A stretch of DNA of 63,230 nucleotides, filler included, from Octopus bimaculoides (taxonomy: Eukaryota), in the NCBI RefSeq assembly GCF_001194135.2. It is 5 parts of 5 records of this genome, joined end to end, with 100 filler letters (N's around TTAATTAATTAA, not from the genome) between each part and the next. Parts side by side here need not be neighbours in the genome. Positions count along the whole stretch, not along the records: positions 30,361 to 50,727 come from NC_068990.1; positions 50,828 to 61,245 come from NC_068989.1; 3 more parts are not named here. One strand, written 5' to 3'. Positions 39,292-52,369 of the stretch are shown here, piece by piece. A program made the translations under genes and the position numbers. Under the pieces are notes generated by a model. That model was not told the DNA's origin. It saw nothing but the letters and a program-made list of their open reading frames with translations, and ran no database searches. Numbering within the stretch: the stretch's first letter is position 1; every line of letters begins with the position of its first letter.

Positions 39292-40667
39292 CTGGGATCA
39301 GTAGAGCAAGGGAACCAATACTTAATAAACCATGAAGACTATGTGTGAATATCATAATTTTTGATCGGATATTGATAAATCCCGTTATCTCCTATTCAGT
39401 CACATAAAACAACTACTATTTGAAAAAAATTGTTGGAAGAAGAGATTAGGGAAGGTTAAGTGGAATAAGTTATACATATAAAAAAGAAAATAAAGTAGTG
39501 TAAATGTCTATTACGATTCTTTTTTTAAATTGATAAAGGTGCTTAATATACAATGCATAATTCCATGATCCAGCAATTTTCGGCAATTTATAAGTACTTT
39601 TGACATTATCCATTTGGCGGCATATAAAATTATACTTCATAGAATGCTTACATTATGATAAAAGCTCAGATTTCAAGATATAGCCTTTAACGTTTTAGAA
39701 TAAAACAGTTTCGCAGTTCAGTGCAAATGGTAACTCAGTTTTCAACAAAATCTCTTCATATTTGAACGAAGAAGAATAATCTAGCAGTGATCAAGTTATC
39801 TTGAACGTATGTAGGCTTCTCTCTGTCTCAAAAAATCGAGTATAATTGCTGTTTTAGCGCTATGACGAATTCATAACATTAAAGCGCCATGGAGAATGTC
39901 CTCTTTGCGAATTGTTGCTTAAGCTCAGTTTGTCACAGCATTGATGACTTCGCCACACAGTTACCATCAAGCAGGAAATCATTGCTATCGTCATCATTAC
40001 AGCTATACGCAGAAGGACAATTAGAAAATCATTTAGCATTATGATTCCTTGTAAAACTTATTAAAGCTTTTACTTGGAGCGCAGTTAACATGAATCATAT
40101 TTACTAAAATACTGTTGAATTTCAGGTTCGTGGAAGGTGAAGGGAGGTTAAATTAAATAGCACTTTCAGTTATGTGAGTTCCCTTGTTTAAGTTATAAAC
40201 GAGGCTATAAATTCTGTTTCTTCTCGCGCTTTTTAAAAAATCAATATTAGAAATAAAAAAAATAAAAGAAATAGAAATTTTAAAAAAAATGGTTGATGCA
40301 TGGTTGGATCTCTTTTTCAAATAGAATAATTTACATAGAAATTCGAGGTCATGCTTGATGAGTTGATTATAGTAACATTTTTACTCACTGTAGTACATAG
40401 GCTTATTTCATTTAATAACGTTATACATTGCTTTATTGGTAGCAGAGATGAATGTTGATCATCAGCCTATGCCTTGTTACTAAAATATGTGCAGCAAGGA
40501 TTAAGTTGCTATTTTCCATTCTTTTTACTTCATTGCATGTGTATGTGTAAGTGTGCGTGTATATATGCACATATGTATTTTATATATATATATATATATA
40601 TATATGTAACATAGGATATAATTATAAACAGGGCAAATTTTAGATATTTCTCCACCGACTGAAAAAA

Positions 40668-40723
40668 GGACGAACAACCTTAATCGATTTTCGAATCTTA
40701 ATGGATCCTCATCAGAGGCGTCC
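40668..40723 (-). ncRNA. Type I hammerhead ribozyme, apparently intact
   Basis: GGACG-CCT-CTGATGA-GGATC-CATTAA-GATTC-GAA-AATCGATT-A-AGG-TTGTT-CGTCC: canonical core, 5-bp stem II, palindromic stem III, UUA site and an 8-bp stem I with a 5-nt bulge. Confidence 0.82.
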
Positions 40724-40837
40724 ACATCATTCTGACAGTTTCCAGAGAAACAAGCAACCAAATTGTTTATATGCTCAACAAACGCAGCAGTTACTCTATG
40801 AAGGATATACATACATACATATACGTATATATGTATG

Positions 40838-40885
<48 letters not shown>

Positions 40886-40893
40886 CGCGCGTG

Positions 40894-40943
<50 letters not shown>

Positions 40944-41653
40944 TACATATACACACCTATTTGGTATGAGTAACAGAAGCAGTATTAGTTTAAAATACCC
41001 ATCTGCATATCACACTTAATGCAAATACATTATGGAAATTCTATTTAAATACGGTATCCGTCTTGAGATAATACCTCTTATAGAGACTATAGCGTTAACA
41101 AAAAATATACCAGAAGCAGACGAAAATCGTCTAGCACAAGTGGGTGCTTCCCCCTCCCCACCAGTCTGACCGATTTCTAATTGCTATGTATTCTATTTCC
41201 TGTCCTGCATGTGGTCAATTTCCTGTTCGTCATATGGTATTTTCAAACTAACTGTTACTCATATACCTGCATGAAACCACGACATCATGTGCCCTTCCTC
41301 GACCATTCCCAGCTCACCTTACGGTAATAACAACCAACTTCTGTCATTCAAGTTCAAAATGACTGACGACTAACACCACGCTTGAAACTCAAGTGTACCA
41401 GCGAATTTCAATCAAGCTGTTTTGATCCATACATGTAACTTTCAATAAATTGGTTGAGTGCCCTTCTTTCGCTTGTCTATTCACTCGTATATATATATAT
41501 ATATATNNNNNNNNNNNNNNNNNNNNNNNNNNNNNNNNNNNNNNNNNNNNNNNNNNNNNNNNNNNNNNNNNNNNNNNNNNNNNNNNNNNNNNNNNNNNNN
41601 NNNNNNNNNNNNNNNNNNNNNNNNNNNNNNNNNNNNNNNNNNNNNNNNTATAC

Positions 41654-41687
<34 letters not shown>

Positions 41688-41688
<1 letters not shown>

Positions 41689-41767
41689 AAACGTATGTAT
41701 ATATATAAACGTATGTATATATATAAACGTATGTATATATATAAACGTATGTATATATATAAAACGT
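41688..41767. repeat. 18-bp tandem repeat (AAACGTATGTATATATAT) about x4.5
   Basis: Visible; explains the KRMYIY repeat ORF. Confidence 0.92.
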
Positions 41768-42008
41768 TACATGGTCACTGACCATGTAACATCTCAGCTC
41801 GTAAGTTACCTCATCATTTCGTATTTGTCTTGCTTTTATATGTTTATTTATGAATTCCCTGAAGAGGAATATATGAGGAATTCCAGCAGCTCTTACTTCT
41901 TTGTGGAAGGACTCTCTCATATATTTTGAAACATGTGTAGGAATTAAAGGAATTTTTATTTATATGCGTTTTGCTCCATTTATTATTATTATTATTCATA
42001 TATTATTC

Positions 42009-42042
<34 letters not shown>

Positions 42043-43436
42043 TCACATACATATGATGTGTTTGTATGCATGTGTGTGTATGTGTTTATCTTACAGAGGG
42101 CTCCATATAAAAGGGGAGTGAGAGAAAAAGAGAGAGGGAAAAAGTATTAGAAGGCCACCACATAACACTGACGTCTGCAAGATATTCATTCTTACATTAA
42201 AGAGATATCTACATGTCTTATTTTCTCAGTATTGCAGTGATAAATTCAGTGCAAAGTGCAGATTCTTGAATGGGAATGAACTCACAACCAACTGCTGAAT
42301 CTAATAGTATTTGGCACTGAAAATCCAAGCTGTCTTTCTACTAAATGGAAATATATTCATAAACATCTACTCATTGACACGTTTTCTAAATTTGGCACTG
42401 AGTCACAGAATCAGAATCGATAAAATATATCTAGCAATCTAGTATTTACGAATTCAGGACAGGATGCTACTTCATAAAGACATTATGATTGTTGTTGTTG
42501 TTGTTGTTGTTGTTGCTATCGTTGTCGTTGTTGTTATTGGTGTTGCTAAAATCATCATCATTATTATCATCATCATGGTCATTGTACTTGTTGCTCGTGT
42601 TGTTATAGCCATCTTGCCAGAGTCGTCGTTATCACTCCTGTAGTAAAAATCGCGATTATTAGGAAGAAAAACAAAACGTTAGATAAATTTAGTCAAGAGA
42701 TTTAAAAAGTAACAAAATCAACAACAACAACAACAACAACAAAAACAACGACAGCAACATCAGTATATCTCTTTTAGACAATGCGATTTACAATTTACAT
42801 CTCATTATGATTGTTGCAGACATCATAACATTTATGTATTGAGCTCTTTGAAAGAGTTGAAAATTTCATTTACATACATAAACTAAAGTTTGAATGTAAA
42901 AATAATTGACCCAATGTTAATATTTCTTAAGCTAGCCTTTTCCATTGATCGACCGAATTCCACATTGGAGTTGCTTTCTATTCTCATTGGAGCTTATTCT
43001 AAATCAAAACATGTCTCCTCTTTTAAAATATAAGAATTCGTTAATATTCCCCTTTGGATTACACATTAATCTTTATCATTTTAGACACCAAAAGTTCTTC
43101 ATGGGGTGATATGTCCAAACAAGAGCCAGGAAGGATTTGCCTGTTATGAACCACATTTGTCTTAGTGTCTCATTTAGTAATTGCAACAATTTTGTGCAAA
43201 ATGTCCTTCTAAACATTCTTATCATTCATAGACATATACACATGTACACATATATCTACACAGACACAGATACACACACGTACACGCATCTACATATAAA
43301 CATAGATATATATCTATACATAAAAGATATACATATATATATATGTATATANNNNNNNNNNNNNNNTATATATATATATACGAGTGCTCGTATACCTTTA
43401 TATAATGTATTTACATGCAGTACATACAGTCACACA

Positions 43437-43483
<47 letters not shown>

Positions 43484-44011
43484 CCACACACGCACACACA
43501 GAGAGAACTAATAGTGAGGGATTATCAATTCGGGCAAATTACTTCATAAGCTCTCTGTTGGGACACCAGGCTAGCAATATTAGTGAAGAACTCCAGGTAA
43601 TCTTGTAGTAGTGTCCAAGGTTACGGTTCATCACAATTCTATATTGTAAATCCGTGGATGGGCTCCAGACAAGCTTGTTTTTACACAGAGTGATATATAA
43701 GAAAGAAGTTAAAATAATGGTCAATACATATTTTTCTTTATTGGAGCAATTATGGCTTACAGCTGTTTCCAGTATTCATTATAAGTACATTACTGATAAG
43801 TTTATTCAATTGGTCTATTGATCATTGAGGAAAATTGAACGACCTGAGAAAATTAATCCTACTCTCATCAGAGCCATTTCTGGTTATATAACCTCTTACA
43901 CTTACATACACACACATGCACACACATACGTATATATGCATATGGTGCGTTTGTATATAGTGTTCGTGTCTGTGTATATGTTCGTGTATGAGCGCATGTA
44001 TGTGAGCCCAT

Positions 44012-44046
<35 letters not shown>

Positions 44047-44907
44047 CATTTCTCAGTATATAAATACATACAGTAGTACATACTGAGAGTGAAAGAGAAA
44101 GAAATGCTAAAAGAGAGATAAGATGAGTACTACGGGATTACTTGGGAAACAAGGTTTTATTTTTCTTCGACTGTAGCGAATTTTAAAATCATTTACTTAG
44201 AAATTATTCCTAAAAGTTGTTAAGTCTCTCACTTTTAACGTTCATCATAGCTCTCTCAACAACATCGTTGAACTTAGACAAGCTACACAGTGACAGAAGC
44301 TCTAAATAGCTCAGTTTACTTGAAATAGTAGGGAAATATTGCTTGAATCACACTTTAAAAAAGTAAAGGTGCAATAATTAGTGCATGCCAGATGTACTGT
44401 ATCTGAGATAAAACCGTTGGTAATCATGGTTAGAAGCATTGTGATGATAGGCCTATTCAATCATTATTACTTCTATTGTGTTATTCATTTCGTTAACATT
44501 GTTGTGGGCTTAAAACATTTAGGTATTGAGCTCTTTGATAGAGCTTCATATGTATTACTACACAAAATTGAATGTAAAAATGATCGAACCAACGCTTTGG
44601 TGGTGGTGATGGGTGGTGGTGATGCAGCTGCTGCTACTGATGATGATGATGATGGTGTTGATGAGGGTATTGACGATGATGATATAATTAACAAAAACGG
44701 TCATGCACACATAGATATGCGCGCGCATACACACATCCATCCATCCATACATACATAAATACATACATGCACAAATTCATGTATACTAGTAATCTAGAAA
44801 GGATTTATATTCGTGCTTCTGTATTTACACAATCAGTATATTCTTACTTTTTCTTCAACTTTATATATCTAATACACACACACACACATACTTACACACA
44901 CACACAC

Positions 44908-44989
<82 letters not shown>

Positions 44990-45299
44990 TTTTTCTTTTC
45001 TTCTCTGAACTCGCACGTCTTTATGTCTATTTCAAAATTTCTACGAAACTTATCAGTTAACTTATCTTTCTTCTAATTGTACTGATTTATCTAACCATAC
45101 AAATAGTAGAATATAATATTTTACAATGCATCTGCACATTGTATTTTAATTGTAATCACCCAGCTAGGAATAAATAATACTTACTACTATGCTTACCATT
45201 ACCATTTACTCAGACATAAATATACCAGCATCTAATTTCTTCTACATTTTAAATTTAGCATAAATAATAATGCGCCTATAACACTTGTATTGCTCTTAT

Positions 45300-45511
45300 G
45301 GAAGCGCGTGGCTTAGTGGTTAGGCTGATGGACTCATGATCGTAAGATTGTGGTTTCGATTCCTGAACCGGGTGGCACAGTGTGCTCTTGAACAAAATAC
45401 CTCATTTCCGGTTCACTCAGCTGGCAAAGATGAGTAATCCTACCACGGCCTGGCGTCCTCCACAGGTGAGGAACATATACATCACGGAAACCGGAAAACC
45501 GGTCCTGAGTC
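45300..45511 (+). mobile_element. tRNA-derived SINE (third family)
   Basis: GTGGCTTAGTGGTTAGG box A and GGTTTCGATTCC box B, then body ...CACGGAAACCGGAAAACCGG. Confidence 0.75.
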
Positions 45512-46446
45512 TATACTCTTTTAGAAAGATATCTTTCCACTCACATCACAAATCAAACTTTTACCTAAAACTCTTTCACTACATACTCAAATACAGAGAG
45601 CAAGCAATTATAAGCTAAACACCATACTTACCCCTTTAAATATATCTAATTGTTCTCTTTAGAATCATATCTATTACAGTACCCGCACATTACATTTTGA
45701 ATCTATCTTCTGAACCCAGAATCACATATCTCCATTTAACTGTAAAGCAATCTTTCAATAAAACAACGCGTTATTACAATGTGAACAAATGAGTAGCAAC
45801 CATATTAATTTTTGCACATTATTATTCATAACATCAATACTATTCTAAAACGATTTTCTTCTTCTCCCTTTACATCAATTCCCCTCATATATTTGTGCGC
45901 GCGCGCGTCTGTGAGTGTATACATACATACATATTAGCATCATTATCATACAGTTTAACTGTTATTATATAATCATAACAATACTGAACTCTCCACTTAA
46001 TTAATTTCAACAATGGTTAAACTACTTTCACCTTAATTTTACGTGACACTGTATTTTACTATAATTGACTATGTATTATGTATAACCTCTATACCATCTT
46101 TTTACTACTGTTTCTTGCTATTTTTCTTAATCCACATCATCATAGTTGCTCATTTAAAATGCTTTAATATGTCGTAAAACAAATTTCTTTACCATCCCAA
46201 AATATTTGCTAAAAATGCTTACTTCTCATATTGCTCATACTTAAACTTTCCTTCAGCCGATTTAAATAAGTCAGTCAGAATTCTCACAAGAGTATTTATA
46301 TTTCTTCTTCTAGCCTGGCGAGATAGGAGTAATAAATTTTTGGGGGTGTGTGATGATGGTATGAACTGGTGAGTGCGATAGAAGGTGTAGCTTTTTATTG
46401 CATGCTGGTATTGTTGTTGTTGATTAACTCCTTGTCCACTCTGAAT

Positions 46447-46838
46447 GGTGGAGGCGCAATGGCCCAATGGTTAGGGCAGCAGACTCGCAGTCATAGGATC
46501 GCGGTTTCGATTCCCAGACCTGGCGTTGTGAGTGTTTATTGAGCGAAAACACCTAAAGCTCCATGAGGCTCCGGCAGGGGATGGTGGTGAACCCTGCTGT
46601 ACTCTTTCCCCACAACTTTCTCTCACTCTTACTTCCTGTTTCTGTTGTGCCTGTAATACAAAGGGTCAGCCTTGTCACACTGTGTCACGCTGAATATCCC
46701 CGAGAACTACGTTAAGGGTACACGCGTCTGTGGAGTGCTCAGCCACTTGCACGTTAATTTCACGATCAGGCTGTTCCGTTGATCGGATCAACTGGAACCC
46801 TCGACATCGTAAGCGACGGAGTGCCAACAACAACAACA
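46447..46838 (+). mobile_element. Full-length tRNA-derived SINE with (AAC)n tail
   Basis: TGGCCCAATGGTTAGG box A, GGTTTCGATTCC box B, tail CGTAAGCGACGGAGTGCCA(ACA)n; the same tail recurs at 61346-61370. Confidence 0.85.
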
Positions 46839-49205
46839 AGCAAGTGATAATTAAAAATAATATTTGATATCATGTTGCTGCTGCTAGTAGTAGTAGTAGT
46901 AGTAGTAGTAGCAGCAGCAGCAGCAGCAGCAGCATTAGTAGCTACAGCTATAGTAGTAGTAGTAGTTGTCTTGATAGTGTGAACTGGAGATGAAGATGGT
47001 GATGTGTATGCTTTCGCCGATGGTGTTGCGCACTGAAACTGACGATGGAAGTGTTCTCTTGTGTTGCGTTGTTTTAAATGAAGCTACTGAAAAAGCGAAG
47101 ACGTGGAGAGGGGGGGGGGTGCGAAGGTTTATAATTAGGCCACGCCAAATTCATTAATGTGCGAAGAACAATGCTTAATTAAATAGTCACCTGTCGTCGG
47201 TTTTCTTTTCATGTCGACTTTTACATGATGATGTTTAGGCGGTATGGCTTTGTCTAAATGTCTGTATGTTAAATGACGTAGAATCGGTGGTAATGATAGT
47301 ATTGATTGTAATGATGATGATGCGTATGGTGATGGTTGTAGGGTACTGATGCAGTTTCCAGATTTTTTTGTGGGTATACTGTACGATTAAAAAAATGGTG
47401 GTGCTGGTGCGTTTATATCAGCATAATTTTCATATTTGTTTGTTCTGTTCTGATCAAAGAAAATAATATTGATGTAAAATTAAATTTATATTTGTAGAAA
47501 ACTAATTTAGGATTGAACGCTGAAAAAAACCTACTTGTAGTTTTTAAAATTTTATGAATTCAAACTCAACTGACTTATACGACACATGCACAAAAAGTGT
47601 ATATATTTCAAAATTTAAACTACAACTTTAAAAAATATATATAACAGTGCAAAGTTAGAAGGAAAATTAGAAGGAAGATCGAGAGAATGATGAGATTATA
47701 GATATCAGATGAAAATCTTCTTTTGCCTGTTGATAGCTGTGGGGAGAAGGAGGAACGAAGATGGTGTGTAGATGGTGAAGAATTGGGAAACATTAAGTGT
47801 TGAACTAGTTAAAGATCCGGAATGAGAAAATTTCTCCGAATCAGGCAACAAATTACCAGAACTCTGAGATGTAGAGGGAACAATTATTTAGTTTTTCCGA
47901 CACATGACATTGCTATGTTAATAGTCTAAAAATCAATTGACTCTGTCCCATATGAAGAAAACGTAACAGCTTAAAGTATTCTGACATACCAGGCATATCA
48001 CTTCTCAACTTAAAACCGAAAGAAGGAGCATCTTTCTATATTGCAATCACAATATTTAATAATCAGTAAAAAGAACCCATTTGGTGGTGAATTAACTGAT
48101 AGGCAACTTTAGTGAAGCAACTACTTGAAATAGATTCAATCACAGTCACTCACTTAGATATGTATACTTACCTTCTTAATCATAAACAGTTATACCTTCA
48201 GAAATACATTTAATTCTACAATCACACAGATTCATATGACTATAAGCTCATACACTATAAGCTCGTAAATACACGCATACATTTAATAACACAATAAAAA
48301 CATTTGCTCCACAGGGCTATATTTTCAAATATGTACAGCATCATATTTGGCTACACATTCGATGACACTCACGTACGCATATCTGTGTATATGAGTGTCA
48401 TATACACCAATCCAAAGCTAATATTTCACCTTCTCACGCAATTCTCAAATTTACTCACGTTCTTAATCTCTTACACAATCACATAAACAAAACCACAGCC
48501 AATCTCCATTATACTTACAAATACTTTCCCTTTCTCTCTCTCTCTTTTGCTTTCACACTAGCACGCGCGTGCACACATACACACACCCACACAAAGAAGA
48601 CCGCGCGTGCGCGCACATACGATCATACACACACACAACACAAACATAAATACTCGAAAACATTCGGGTCTCCGTTGATTTAGCATAATTGCTATAATTA
48701 ATTGAATGGCGAGTGTTTAAGTTTTAAAACTTTTTCTCATTTCACCAACTCAAGTATTTATAATCACTTTCACACAATAAACTGCTTGCCCTAGATTTTC
48801 AGGCTTTTCATTTTAATTTGGCTTCCAATGAAATTCCTGCATAACAAAAGAAATCTACACTATACATGAGGGTGTATATATATTTTTAGATATTCAACTC
48901 TCTCTCCCTCTCGCTCTCTCTTTCCATCTTACTTCCTCCCTCCCTCTCCCCCCTCTCTCTCTATCTATCTATCTACGTACATTGTTTTATTTTCCTCTTT
49001 GCTTCTACCTTGCTATCTATTTTTCTCTTCCCCCTCTTTCTATCTATATTGCATATATACAATATAATATAACATTATATTGTAGTATATTATATATATA
49101 TATATATATATACACACACATATATATATATACAAGTGTGTGTATATATATGTATATATATGTATGTATATGTATATATATACATACATACATAAGTTCC
49201 ATCAC

Positions 49206-49348
49206 CTGCCCAGTGTTTTACATTCACTAAGGCATCAAGCCCTTTATCAGTTACAAAACCAAGTAATTTGTCTACATCGGTTTCACTACTATCAAACTGC
49301 ACTATCAAGGAACTTGTATTCATCGGGTATCGCATAACTAAATCGACT
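49206..49348 (-). CDS. Candidate internal coding exon (143 nt), ferredoxin-fold-like (ACT/HMA/RRM-like) peptide pattern
   Basis: Acceptor CCCCTCCCATCCCTTAG and donor CAG|GTGATG. Phase 2->1 frame VDLVMRYPMNTSSLIVQFDSSETDVDKLLGFVTDKGLDALVNVKHWA; the fold call is by eye only. Confidence 0.45.
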
Positions 49349-49720
49349 CTAAGGGATGGGAGGGGCACTTATTTTTGCTTGATGCCAGTTCCCTATATTG
49401 CGTCCTACACATGAAGAGGAGGCCGTGTGAGCCATTAACAACCGTTTAGAGCGATATCTCAACGCACTACAAAGTTCTTTTAACTAGCACACATCCGAAT
49501 CTATGGAAATTAATTACTGCATTGAAAAGGGATAATTTTACCGGAGAAAAAGTATCAGGGGTGAAATTACCAGGAGTCAAATTACCGGCTACCATATATA
49601 TATATATGAAGCCTATTTGCATTGGATTAATAATTAATAATTTATGCAAGTCAATTGTTGTTCATCAGTACCTCTCCATTTTCTGCTTTCTTTAAATTAA
49701 TATGTGTGTGTGTGTGTATA

Positions 49721-50580
49721 CAGAGTACGATGGGTAAATTGTCATTTCATATTTCTTAATTTCGCGCATTGCCTACTTCTGATTTCGTCGACTTGTCGAT
49801 TACACAGTATAGTAGGGTCCGCTGGATACCATCTGTCAGAAAAACAGTACAATGATACAATTCACTCACCCAAAAATTTGGAAACGCCATACTGTACTGC
49901 TTGGCATTCGCGCTGGAAGCTCCGCTAGGAACATTACAGAGTGGTGGGTGTCAAACTGAGTCCCCAAAATATGTGCCGAGAATGATAAAAATCAAACATC
50001 CAGTCAACACTATGGTGTTTGGGGTGATCTCTAGTGATGGTGATGTTATGCCTTTATTCGACTTCCCACACGGCCTCAGACCCAACACAGAGGCCTACAT
50101 CAAGTGGTAGTGCTGCCCTGGGTGAAGGTGGTTACTGGAAGACTCTATATCTGGTAACAGGACTCTGCAGCATGCCACACAAGCAGGAGAACCTAGTCAT
50201 GGTTGTCAGACAATTTCTGCGACCAAATCACTCCCAACATCTGGCCACCTATCTCCCCAGACTGCAACCGCCTTTATTATGTGTGGGGTGCAGTTGAGCG
50301 AGAGACCAACAAAACTCCTTGCAACACCAAAGATGAACTGAAGGCAAAGATTATGGCCATATTCACCAACTTAAACAAGGAGACAGTCCAGACGTTGCAA
50401 GGGATTCCTAAGTCGGATGGAGGCGGTGGTTGAAACTAATGGCAATTTTACTGAATAAATTTACTCGTTAGCATTTAGAGATATTTTTACGTAATTTTGG
50501 TAAATATATCAGTTAAAATTTGATGTCAGTGTTATTTTCATTTCTACGTAATTTAGACGACAATTTATTCACCGCAGCCT
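49721..50580 (+). mobile_element. Internally deleted DD37D (maT-like) Tc1/mariner element, 860 bp
   Basis: TA-flanked imperfect TIRs sharing TAAATTGTC. QDSAACHT...WPPISPDCNRLY has 37 residues between the Asp positions (last Asp mutated to Tyr); KHPVNTMVFGVISSDGDVMPLF. Confidence 0.85.
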
Positions 50581-50689
50581 ATATGCTATTTTTTTAAACA
50601 TATATACCCAGGGGCCAGAGTATGAAGGTGTCATCAACATATCGCAGCGTTTATATATAGAAACTTATATATATATATATAAATATACA

Positions 50690-50727
<38 letters not shown>

Positions 50728-51011
50728 NNNNNNNNNNNNNNNNNNNNNNNNNNNNNNNNNNNNNNNNNNNNTTAATTAATTAANNNNNNNNNNNNNNNNN
50801 NNNNNNNNNNNNNNNNNNNNNNNNNNNAAATACAAATGCAAGTCTGATGATATAGAATTTTAACGCTTTAACGGTCAACTTCTGGCACGAAAGTCTCCCA
50901 CTTTATATTAATGCAGTACAGAAGCGAAGATCACTCCATATCCTGAAAGTGAGGTTAAAATAGGGAGGAAACGTCCATAAGGATGAAATTTGGGTTCCTG
51001 TTATTCTAAAC

Positions 51012-51333
51012 GAGGGACTCTCAACCATTTTTTTAACTGATTACTATTTTATTCTAGTGGAGCTCCATAGCTGTTCTATGTTTAAAAACTAGTTTTATTG
51101 AAACTTCATTCCAAATTTCTGTTTTGTTTTTCACACAAAATGTTAGAGAAAGAAACCCAGCTGTTTCTTGCAATACATACCAATACATACCAATACATAC
51201 ACCTAAAGCAAAATGTTTTCAGAGGCCTCTAAAATACCGTTGTGGATTCCCAATTTATTATTTTGTTACGTGGACCTCCCAAAATCTTATATGGGCCTGT
51301 AGGGGCCATATGGACCTCGGTTGAGAACCACTG
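51012..51333. mobile_element. hAT-type MITE (~320 bp)
   Basis: Right end GGTTGAGAACCACTG (= CAGTGGTTCTCAACC), degenerate left end GAGGGACTCTCAACC, 8-bp flanks TTCTAAAC/TTCTAAAA (7/8 TSD match). Confidence 0.7.
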
Positions 51334-51412
51334 TTCTAAAACAATAAGAATCTCATACGTAGATACGAACAAACGTTAATAAAAAAAATTAAATTCCAAC
51401 ACAGTCGTGTCT

Positions 51413-51473
<61 letters not shown>

Positions 51474-51474
51474 T

Positions 51475-51538
<64 letters not shown>
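51413..51538. repeat. (CTAT)n microsatellite
   Basis: Visible array. Confidence 0.95.
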
Positions 51539-51693
51539 TTATCGATATATCTATCTATGCACACCTATGTAAGTTCTACCAATTATTAATGATGAATACA
51601 TATTAGTATAACAGATTGACTCTTTAAAAAAGAGAGATTATGACTGATAAAATAATGAAAGCAATATTTACTAAGCAAGTGAGCATTATTATA

Positions 51694-51920
51694 TTGGGTT
51701 GTCCGGAAAGTTCGTGCCGATTTATAGTAGCTTACCTTTCGACTTATTGTCATGAAACCACCTCAATTCTGGGAAGAGGGTGTTTTCAAGTTAAAGGAAA
51801 GATGGAGACGCATTGTGCAACAAAATGGTTCATATTTGGTTGATTAAAAATGTAATGGCAAGTATTTATTGACCTTTTTCATTCCTTTAAAAATCAGCAC
51901 GAACTTTCCGGACAACCCAA
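51694..51920 (+). mobile_element. Mariner-derived MITE, 227 bp
   Basis: ~30-bp TIRs TTGGGTTGTCCGGAAAGTTCGTGCCGATTT / AAATCAGCACGAACTTTCCGGACAACCCAA (one mismatch), TA TSD, and internal C-terminal remnant FWEEGVFKLKERWRRIVQQNGSYLVD*. Confidence 0.92.
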
Positions 51921-52047
51921 TACAAAGAAATAATTAGACGTAAAATATCATAAAAGTTATTAGAATTGGGAATCAAATGTGTAAATATTATCGGTTGGCT
52001 AGCAGAAAACTGCCCGGAGGGCGGTCTTTCTGCTAGTATATATACAT

Positions 52048-52087
<40 letters not shown>

Positions 52088-52308
52088 TCTATCGATCGAT
52101 CTGTGGAGCTATTTATCTCTGTCTGTCGTCTGTTTCTCTGTCTCTCACCCTCTTTCACACACACAAACGTGTGTATGTATGTATGTATATATCTATGTAT
52201 GTATGTACATACGTATATATCTTTGTACATACATATATTCTAACAACTGTCCAATGAACGGGAACGTGAAACTCCGAGTAACAGTCCTTTGTTATATTTC
52301 TGCTGCTT

Positions 52309-52369
<61 letters not shown>

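Noticed and set aside
40680-40800. Possible exon RVTAAFVEHINNLVACFSGNCQNDVDASDEDPLRFENRL, phase-compatible with 39228-39291
   Set aside because: The donor (GTTGTT) is weak and the sequence is fully explained by the hammerhead fold. Not excluded without RNA-seq.
41267-43612. Extra minus-strand mini-exons (GELGMVEEGHMMSWFHA; CQILLDSAVG; DYLEFFTNIASLVSQQRAYE) and plus-strand ERTNSEG...EELQ
   Set aside because: Each has a weak acceptor or donor, the phases do not chain consistently, and such peptides arise by chance.
20340-43875. Other CTGATGA hits (minus strand near 20383, 40458 and 43866; plus strand 32462)
   Set aside because: No stem II followed by GAAA, so not hammerheads.
47760-47930. Possible CR1/L2 3'-end relic on the minus strand
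   Set aside because: Similarity is too weak to support by eye.
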